Shown here: one piece after another, positions 57,211 through 64,000 of the stretch
How the letters are laid out: each line of letters starts with the position of its first letter
Numbering within the stretch: position 1 is the first letter of the stretch
From: a virus
Virus record (IMG/VR): IMGVR_UViG_3300030099_008032
Coordinates: 4,583-68,582 of that record
Direction: 5' to 3' (one strand)
Length of the DNA stretch: 64,000 bases
Made by a program: the position numbers and the translations under genes
The notes under the pieces: model-generated
Database searches by the model: none
Told to the model about the DNA's origin: nothing
Seen by the model: only the letters and a program-made list of their open reading frames with translations

Positions 57211-60200
57211 ATGTCTGTTAAAAAATTTAAATTTGTCTCCCCTGGAGTTTTCTTGAAGGAAATTGACAATAGTCAGTTGCCTCAAATCCCGGCCGGAATC
57301 GGCCCTGTCGTCATAGGTCGATTTAGAAAAGGGCCTGCGATGAAACCTGTCCAGGTAGGAAGCCTTGTTGATTTTGAGAATACTTTTGGTCGCACAATAC
57401 CCGGGTCAGAAGGTGATGACCCATGGAGAGAAGGTAACGGATTGCAAGCAACTTCTCCTGCACCATATGCAGCTTACTCTTATTTTAACGCACCGATGGA
57501 CTCACAACCACCACTGACAGTAGTTCGACTTTTGGGTGTTAGCGACCGCAATGCCCTTGATAGCGGCCTGGCCGGCTGGGACCTAGGAACTAATGGCAAT
57601 ACTTACGGGATATTTGTGATTCCTTCCACCTCTAGCGCCACCACAGCAAAAGCTTTCCTCGCAGGTACGATTTATTCTCCAGATGAAAAATTCTCTGTTG
57701 GTGTGTACGGCAAAGACGGTAACAACCAAGTGGTAACAGCCGAAGCCTGCTTGGTCAGCGCATCGACCAATGCCAGCATCCCAGTAAAAATAGGTTCAGG
57801 ACTCATGGGCGAAGTGCAAAACCCGCATTCTTTTGGGTTGAATATTTCTAACTCTTTGGGTCAACGAACCCAGTTAGTATCATTTATTGAACAAGATAAG
57901 AACCTGTATATTAGAAACAAGCTGAATACGAATCCGGTACAAACAAACACTAGAATTAAAAGCCCACCATCAGGCTCTTTGGCCGAATCTTATTGGCTAG
58001 GAGAAACTTTTGATAATTCTTACGTCCAATCATTACGACAAGAGCAGGCCAGAGCAGGCAAGCAGACTACCACCACCCAGTTTGTTTTTGTGGCAAAACT
58101 CTCCGAGAATTTTGAAGATTTTAAAAGCACTAAACATCAGTTGTCCCCAGCGAAGTCTGGATGGGTAATAGGCCAGCACACTGGAGACAGTAGTACTTAT
58201 GACCCCTTAAAGGCCCAAAAGTTATTTAGAATTATTAGTTTACAAGACGGAGAGCAAGGAAACTCTCAATACGTCCAAATTGAAAATATTAAGATTAAGT
58301 TCCAGGGCGACCCTGACCCGTATGGGACTTTCTCGCTAGCGGTATATTATTTACCTGTAGGCGAAGGGCTCCCTCGTCTTCAAGAAAGGTGGGATAACTT
58401 AAATTTAAATCCAAAATCAAGCAGATATATTGCAAGAGTTATAGGAGACAGATATTTTGAGTGGGATTCTGCCGCAAAGGTCAACCGCTCTTACAATAGC
58501 TACAATAATACAAACCCTTATATCAGAGTGGACATGTCGACAGAAGTAGCGGAAGGTGACTTAGAAAACATTCGTGCAGTTCCGTTTGGTTTCTTAGGAC
58601 CAGTGGTCCCTAAAGACCACGCTGCAGCCTCCGGGTCGAATGGCGAGTATACAATGTCTACCTGGATTAACGGCAAAGTTGATTTATCTAATTACAGACC
58701 AGGCGCCGGTGAGCTGGCACCAACGACTTTCACAGTCGAATGGCCAACCTTACCGCAGGTTATAACTGGTTCGCAAGTGCCTGGCGGCGCAGATACTTTT
58801 AATCCTTTCGGAGGCACACCATATCCTATTGGCCGCGGCGACGTTGAGCTGAACGAAAATCCAGTCTTGAAAGGCTCCTGTGACTATTATAGAAGAATGC
58901 CAGAAAGTGATTTCCTGACTCCTCAGGGTAATGGCATAGCAGATGCAAATACAAAACATTCATATGTTTTTAGTTTGGACCAAATAGTCGTTACGGGCTC
59001 ATCAGCCGTACCAGCTGTAAACCTGGTCGAATGGCCCGACCGAACTGCAGTATACCACAGAGAAGATTCTCATCTTTCACCAGCTGCAACTGCTACTTTA
59101 ACAATCAACACAAATCGTGCGTCAATGTCTAGTGACAGTCGTTTTGACATAACTGATGCTGCTGGAACTACAAAGTCGTTTATTTTTAAGACAGCTATAA
59201 ACACTGTCGACGGCAGTACGAACCCTGGTGACCGATTTATAGTTGGTGTTGCTGCAGAGCAAGCCGGTCTTAATAGTGCCGACGCAGCCGAGCGCCAGGC
59301 CGCGGCCAACGCCGTCGCTGCAAAAATAGCAACTGTAATTGGCACAAATCCAGTTCAAGCAGCTATCGGTATCACTGCAACGGCTGTAAATAACGTTGTT
59401 ACTATTACGCAAAAAACAAGAGGCACGTCAGGAAATAACGCCGGCGGAAACGGAAACTTTACGGAAACAGACGATGCAAATGGAAAACTAGCCATAGTTA
59501 ATTTTGCTGGCGGTGTCCGCCCGGGCCAAGCATATACCTCGCTCGACCAGGGCTCTCCAACGTCGCTCACAGACCTAGTTAATAGCTTTAGAATCCCAAT
59601 GTGCGGAGGCTTTGACGGAGTGGACATTACGGAAATGGACCCATTCAACATGAGTGCCGACGCTCTCGGGCCCGACGCCACAGCCCAATCAAGCTATGCA
59701 TACGCTAGCGTTGAGAGAGCAATCGATATGATATCCGACCCAGAAATTGTCGAACATCAGCTGGCACTAATGCCAGGTATAACCAACAAGACGCTCACAG
59801 AGAGACTTGTTAGGGTTTGCGAAGCAAGAGCGGATTCTTTAGCAATTATAGACCTTCCAAATGTCTATATACCGCCAGCACAAGAAGAGTGTACTAGTTT
59901 CAAGGACCGAGTTGACCAATCCAGTGCTAGAAAAGCGGCCATTGCCCTCACTGAAAGACAAATAAACTCAAGTTATGGGTGTGCATATTACCCATGGGTT
60001 AAAGTTAGAGACCCGAATAACGGACCAGCTGTATGGCTTCCGCCATCAGTTATTGCCCTTGGAGCAATGGCATATACTGACGCCACAAAGAAGCCATGGT
60101 TCGCCCCAGCCGGCTTTACAAGGGGCGGCTTAACTAACGAAGTTGTGGGCTTGACAGTCGAAGGAGTTTCAGAACACTTGCTATCAAGAGACCGAGATGT

Positions 60201-60615
60201 TCTTTATGAGGCTAATATTAATCCTATTGCTTCGTTTGTGTCGGAAGGGTTAGTCATTTTCGGTCAAAAGACCTTACAGTTGACACAGTCAGCTTTAGAT
60301 AGAATTAATGTAAGAAGAATGTTAATTTTTGTTAAAAAGAGGATTTCAAGAATTTCGAGTCAACTTTTGTTTGACCAGAATGTTCCAGCAACCTGGGCGC
60401 GATTTACCGGACAGGTGGTACCGTTCTTGGAAGATGTTAAAACGGAGTTTGGCTTAACAGATTTTAAGGTTGTCCTTGACGGCACAACTACCACCCCTGA
60501 CCTTATTGACAGAAACATAATGTATGCTAAGATATTCCTCAAGCCAGCGCGCTCGATTGAGTTCATTGCAATTGATTTTGTTATAACAAGAACTGGGGCA
60601 GGATACAGCGATTAA
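57211..60615 (+). CDS. gp18: Tail sheath protein (gp18-like), enlarged
   Basis: 'FVSPGVFLKEIDNS', 'YYPWV', 'PWFAPAGFTRG', 'INPIASF', 'GQKTLQ...SALDRINVRRMLI', 'KPARSIEFIAIDF'. GAGGAG SD before the ATG at 57211. Confidence 0.95.
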   Translation: MSVKKFKFVSPGVFLKEIDNSQLPQIPAGIGPVVIGRFRKGPAMKPVQVGSLVDFENTFGRTIPGSEGDDPWREGNGLQATSPAPYAAYSYFNAPMDSQPPLTVVRLLGVSDRNALDSGLAGWDLGTNGNTYGIFVIPSTSSATTAKAFLAGTIYSPDEKFSVGVYGKDGNNQVVTAEACLVSASTNASIPVKIGSGLMGEVQNPHSFGLNISNSLGQRTQLVSFIEQDKNLYIRNKLNTNPVQTNTRIKSPPSGSLAESYWLGETFDNSYVQSLRQEQARAGKQTTTTQFVFVAKLSENFEDFKSTKHQLSPAKSGWVIGQHTGDSSTYDPLKAQKLFRIISLQDGEQGNSQYVQIENIKIKFQGDPDPYGTFSLAVYYLPVGEGLPRLQERWDNLNLNPKSSRYIARVIGDRYFEWDSAAKVNRSYNSYNNTNPYIRVDMSTEVAEGDLENIRAVPFGFLGPVVPKDHAAASGSNGEYTMSTWINGKVDLSNYRPGAGELAPTTFTVEWPTLPQVITGSQVPGGADTFNPFGGTPYPIGRGDVELNENPVLKGSCDYYRRMPESDFLTPQGNGIADANTKHSYVFSLDQIVVTGSSAVPAVNLVEWPDRTAVYHREDSHLSPAATATLTINTNRASMSSDSRFDITDAAGTTKSFIFKTAINTVDGSTNPGDRFIVGVAAEQAGLNSADAAERQAAANAVAAKIATVIGTNPVQAAIGITATAVNNVVTITQKTRGTSGNNAGGNGNFTETDDANGKLAIVNFAGGVRPGQAYTSLDQGSPTSLTDLVNSFRIPMCGGFDGVDITEMDPFNMSADALGPDATAQSSYAYASVERAIDMISDPEIVEHQLALMPGITNKTLTERLVRVCEARADSLAIIDLPNVYIPPAQEECTSFKDRVDQSSARKAAIALTERQINSSYGCAYYPWVKVRDPNNGPAVWLPPSVIALGAMAYTDATKKPWFAPAGFTRGGLTNEVVGLTVEGVSEHLLSRDRDVLYEANINPIASFVSEGLVIFGQKTLQLTQSALDRINVRRMLIFVKKRISRISSQLLFDQNVPATWARFTGQVVPFLEDVKTEFGLTDFKVVLDGTTTTPDLIDRNIMYAKIFLKPARSIEFIAIDFVITRTGAGYSD

Positions 60616-60666
60616 TAAATAAAATATTTTAATATAATCTATATATTAATAGGGAGACATAAAATA

Positions 60667-61323
60667 ATGGCATTTTGGAGTCAAAAATCAGTAGAACCAA
60701 AGAGGCAGTTTAGATGGCTTCTTTTCTGGACTGGATGTCCGCAGTTTGTTGTAAAAAGCGTGAAAAAGCCAAGCTATGACGTGGCAACAACACCACACCA
60801 GTATTTAAACTATGAATTCAACTATCCCGGCCGCGTAACATGGCAGGACGTTAGCATTACTATTGTCGACCCTGTCGCACCGGACTCAACAATGAGCTTG
60901 TATCGAATATTGGAAAATTCTGGATATGTTATACCAACAAACTATGCTGAAGCCACAGCAAGAACAATTTCCAAAGAAGGTATGGTTGATGCACTGGGAG
61001 GCGAAATAAAGATAAAGCAACTCGGGGCAGATGGCGACCCTACAAAGGCTTTGGAAACTTGGGTTCTTAAAAATCCACTAATAACGAGTGTTGATTTTGG
61101 GGACCTGGATTATGGAAGTGATGAATTGCTGAACATCACAATCAACTTAAAGTACGATTTTGCTTATATTGAAGAGCTCGTCCCGCTAGCCGCTGCAGAT
61201 GCGATTCCAAGCACTGGGGGCCCTGCTGGACGCATTTGGAACGTCAACGCCCAAGCCGACGCTCGGGCCGAATTCCCGTCCACGGTGAGACCAGGTAACT
61301 ATGGTGGGGATAATGATGGCTGA
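60667..61323 (+). CDS. gp19: Tail tube protein (gp19-like)
   Basis: 'EPKRQFRW', 'YPGRVTWQDVSITIVDP', 'FGDLDYGSDELLNITINLKYDFA'; follows the sheath gene. Confidence 0.85.
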   Translation: MAFWSQKSVEPKRQFRWLLFWTGCPQFVVKSVKKPSYDVATTPHQYLNYEFNYPGRVTWQDVSITIVDPVAPDSTMSLYRILENSGYVIPTNYAEATARTISKEGMVDALGGEIKIKQLGADGDPTKALETWVLKNPLITSVDFGDLDYGSDELLNITINLKYDFAYIEELVPLAAADAIPSTGGPAGRIWNVNAQADARAEFPSTVRPGNYGGDNDG

Positions 61324-61387
61324 GGCGGATTATAAAGTCTCCGGCACATTTAGTTTATAATTTTAGTTTTTAGTTAAAAGAGGATAT

Positions 61388-62284
61388 ATGTCAAGAAATT
61401 CAAAAAGAACTTCAGCGCAAGAAGTCAAAACTCAGGCCCCCCAGGCGCCTGCACCGTCGAATCCTGGAATACCGCCAAATTTTGTAGAACAAAACCCATT
61501 TGGGTTGTCTTTTGTTGTGTCGACAGAGACTGTTTTTTTGCCTAGTTGCGGGCTTCTTTATAACGAAGAGAGCCCACTACATGGCGTAGAGTCTATAGAA
61601 GTCAAAGCTCTCACTGCAGTTGAGGAAGATATACTTACAAATAGAAGTTATGTTGAGCAGGGCACTGTTTTTGATAAGCTTATAGATTCAATAATCATTG
61701 GGACTGATGCAAAAGCAAAAGATTTTTTAGAATGCGACAAGATGGCTATATTAATGTCTGCCCGAAAAACCGGGTACGGGGACGAAGTTGAATTCACGAC
61801 TTCTTGCGATTCTTGTGATGAAGTTGTGGACTTTAAAGCGAGCTTATCAAAGATTTTAGAAGATAACAAGAACGCATCGACCAAGCCTTCGACATCGGAG
61901 GAGTGGGAGTACTCAGAGCAGAGCAACACCTTTTCTTTCAAACTTCCAATTACAGGACTACCTGTTAAGATAAGGCTTCTTTCACCAAGAGACTTGTTGA
62001 CTCTAGACCAGGCAAAAAAGCAAAAAGAAAAGCTTGGATTGCCTTTTATTGATAGTGTGGAGTTTATTCGAATGGTTCTAGTTGAAGCCGCCGGCATTGT
62101 AGACCTAACGAACTTAAACAAACTTGCAGAAGTTTTACCCGCTAGAGATGTCAGGAAAATAAGGTCGATACATAACAAAGTCATGCCATCAATGGAAACA
62201 AAACAAACAGTAGAATGCCCATCTTGTCACGCTATAGCGGAAAAGGAGGTGCCCTTTTCATTGGGCTGGTTTTGGGCTGAGTGA
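61388..62284 (+). CDS. Baseplate hub assembly / tail assembly chaperone (T4 gp26-like)
   Basis: 'LPSCGLLY', 'LTAVEEDILT', 'DKMAILMSARKTGYG', two CxxC pairs, ends 'VPFSLGWFWAE'. Confidence 0.75.
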   Translation: MSRNSKRTSAQEVKTQAPQAPAPSNPGIPPNFVEQNPFGLSFVVSTETVFLPSCGLLYNEESPLHGVESIEVKALTAVEEDILTNRSYVEQGTVFDKLIDSIIIGTDAKAKDFLECDKMAILMSARKTGYGDEVEFTTSCDSCDEVVDFKASLSKILEDNKNASTKPSTSEEWEYSEQSNTFSFKLPITGLPVKIRLLSPRDLLTLDQAKKQKEKLGLPFIDSVEFIRMVLVEAAGIVDLTNLNKLAEVLPARDVRKIRSIHNKVMPSMETKQTVECPSCHAIAEKEVPFSLGWFWAE

Positions 62285-62435
62285 AGAGTACCAAGAACAG
62301 GTCGTTTATGAGGAGATTTTTTCTCTTATGAAATTTGGTGAATTTTCTTTTACCGAATCCTACAACTTACCAGTTGGTCTAAGAAAGTGGTTTTTAAACA
62401 GAATCGCAAAACACTACCAAGACCAGAATAGTTAA
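62271..62435 (+). CDS. +1-frame extension of the chaperone gene (FGLSEEYQEQVVYEEIFSLMKFGEFSFTESYNLPVGLRKWFLNRIAKHYQDQNS)
   Basis: Open +1 frame overlapping the end of the 61388 ORF, with no ATG until 62328. The 'YNLP..LR.WF' pattern is typical of gp51/T-like chaperone tails. Confidence 0.65.
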   Translation, partial: FGLSEEYQEQVVYEEIFSLMKFGEFSFTESYNLPVGLRKWFLNRIAKHYQDQNS

Positions 62436-62518
62436 AACTTTTAAAATATATAGTTTCTCGCCTAATTATAAAGTATACTGGAGCAATTACTCTTTTGTTT
62501 TACGGAGGCTAAAGATAA

Positions 62519-64000
62519 ATGAATCAGAGGGAAATCGAAAAAGCACTTATTGATGCCGGCATGGAGAAGGCCGCCGCTAAAAAGCTAGCTAAAAAGATTG
62601 TTGAAAAGCCCGGCAGCGGCAAAACCGAAGCCGTCGCCGGCGCAGTCTCAGCGCCTGTAATCAAGGGCGTCGATGAAATGCTTAAAGAATTAACCAAAAT
62701 AACTTTTGGTTTAGATAAAAATCTTGATACCTACCAAAGAGTGACAGAGTCCGCAAGATTATACAGGGCAGAACTAGAAGAGTTCACTAAGGCAGGATAT
62801 ACAAGGCAGTTCCAAGACTTTAGCTCTGAAATAGATTCGGCCATCGAGACCAGCCTCCGACTTACCGGAAATTTAGAGGCAGCTCAACTGGCTCTATCGG
62901 GACTCAAAAAAGATTTTAAGGGTTTCGGCCTTGTTTCTAAACAATTTAGGTCCGGTTTGACTGATATTAGCACAAAACTCGCCGCAGCAGGCTACGATAT
63001 GGCTAGCTTCGGGAGGGTTGTAGATAGTAGCGTCTTCGCGTTCAATGCAGGCTCAGAACAAATAAACCAAATGTCCAACCAGTTGGTAACTTTGCAGCAA
63101 AACTTAGCAATTGCGCCACAAGAATTAACCGCAAATTTTGAATATGCGCAAAAGAACTTTGCTTACAGCGCCGGAAAGATAATGGAAAATTTTGCGAAGC
63201 TTTCGAAGATGTCGCGACAAACAGGCTTGGACTTTAGCAAGCTTGCTGGTTCTTTTGGCGATTCTTTGGATACTTTTGAGGGCTCTGCCCAAATGGCCGG
63301 AAGGTTAAATCAAATACTAGGAGACTCTGTTTTCAATAGTGTAGAGCTGTTATCCATGGACGAGGCAACCCGCGCAAAAAGAGTTAGGGAACAACTGCAG
63401 GCCAGAATGGGCGGTCGCCTGGAAAACATTGGAAAATTCGAATTAAAAGCAGTGGCATCCACTTTAAACATGACACCAGAGGAGGCACGTAGGTTCCTCC
63501 GCACTGGCCAGCTCAAGGCCGGCGGTGTAGGTATGGATAAAGTAAACAGACAAGACATGGCTCAATTTGAACAAAAGAAGGCTAACGAAGCGGTAATGCA
63601 AACCCGAGATGCTTTTGAGGATTTAGAAAAAAGTCTGCGCTCTTTTCGGTATCCTTTGGAGGAGTTAGTTCGAGTTGCAAGAGGGAGAACATCAGAAGCC
63701 ACTCGCTCAGCCGTCGGGTTTCTGGAAGGGAGAAGGTTTGGAGAAAATCAGCAGTTTCAGGACTTGGGGATGGACCCGCGTCTTGGAATAGACTACGGCC
63801 AAAAACTACAATTGAGTTTAGATAAGTCCGGCGCTTTCTTGGCGACCATCAGTGGCCCGGGCGTGGCTGAAGACGTCGCGGGCATCTTCACCGGGGAAGA
63901 TAAAGATGGGAATAAGGTCTCTGGGGGCACTTTCGAGAGAATCAAGGACGCGGTGGGTGGCGGTATTAAAAAAGTATTGTCGCCCGTCGCGGTCGGCGGC
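62519..64000 (+). CDS. Tape measure-like protein, 3'-truncated by the window edge (absent from the ORF track)
   Basis: GGAGG SD, ATG at 62519 (MNQREIEKALIDAGMEKAAAKK...), and no stop seen to the window end. Helical and Ala-rich, with 'DTFEGSAQMAGRLNQILG'. Follows tube and chaperone genes. CCTAATTA motif at 62461. Confidence 0.75.
   Translation, partial: MNQREIEKALIDAGMEKAAAKKLAKKIVEKPGSGKTEAVAGAVSAPVIKGVDEMLKELTKITFGLDKNLDTYQRVTESARLYRAELEEFTKAGYTRQFQDFSSEIDSAIETSLRLTGNLEAAQLALSGLKKDFKGFGLVSKQFRSGLTDISTKLAAAGYDMASFGRVVDSSVFAFNAGSEQINQMSNQLVTLQQNLAIAPQELTANFEYAQKNFAYSAGKIMENFAKLSKMSRQTGLDFSKLAGSFGDSLDTFEGSAQMAGRLNQILGDSVFNSVELLSMDEATRAKRVREQLQARMGGRLENIGKFELKAVASTLNMTPEEARRFLRTGQLKAGGVGMDKVNRQDMAQFEQKKANEAVMQTRDAFEDLEKSLRSFRYPLEELVRVARGRTSEATRSAVGFLEGRRFGENQQFQDLGMDPRLGIDYGQKLQLSLDKSGAFLATISGPGVAEDVAGIFTGEDKDGNKVSGGTFERIKDAVGGGIKKVLSPVAVGG

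Noticed and set aside
57211-62284. Bacterial contractile injection system (eCIS/T6SS/tailocin)
   Set aside because: The same locus encodes terminase, portal, protease, scaffold and capsid, so this is a complete phage virion module.
1-64000. The many minus-strand ORFs (60-290 aa) and short nested plus-strand ORFs in the track
   Set aside because: All overlap long, well-supported plus-strand genes, have no recognisable motifs, and mirror their codon bias and repeats (e.g. 55628-56491, 9697-9933, 11152-11442).
1-64000. Genome-wide stop-codon reassignment, as seen in some large phages
   Set aside because: Genes are intact and densely packed under code 11, and TAA, TAG and TGA all end conserved genes at expected positions.

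Overview
The window is 64 kb of a large T4-like myophage (probably a jumbo or 'bS21-type' phage). Every convincing gene is on the + strand, and the standard genetic code (table 11) fits. Gene order: baseplate block (gp25-like, gp6-like, a 3773-aa gp7-like giant and several unannotated virion proteins); an inserted J-domain/RuvC/primase/Mre11-Rad50-fusion block; a putative lysis cassette; terminase, portal, prohead protease, ribosomal protein bS21, scaffold and major capsid; neck gp13/gp14/gp15-like genes; a repeat-rich fibre; sheath, tube, tail chaperone and the start of a tape-measure gene. Main observations: (1) a ~115-140-aa module found about 8 times in four different virion proteins, including one recent DNA-level duplication; (2) a candidate SD-stimulated +1 frameshift between the tail tube and tape-measure genes; (3) an ACTA(T/A)TTA motif upstream of about 14 structural genes, a probable late promoter that differs from T4's; (4) a phage bS21 in a genome with strong Shine-Dalgarno sites; (5) a DUF3751-like domain apparently split across neighbouring genes; (6) a LamG domain inserted into one of two tandem paralogues; (7) a CC-motif micro-ORF in frame behind a TGA. 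All family assignments come from motif recognition and synteny by eye; no database search was run.
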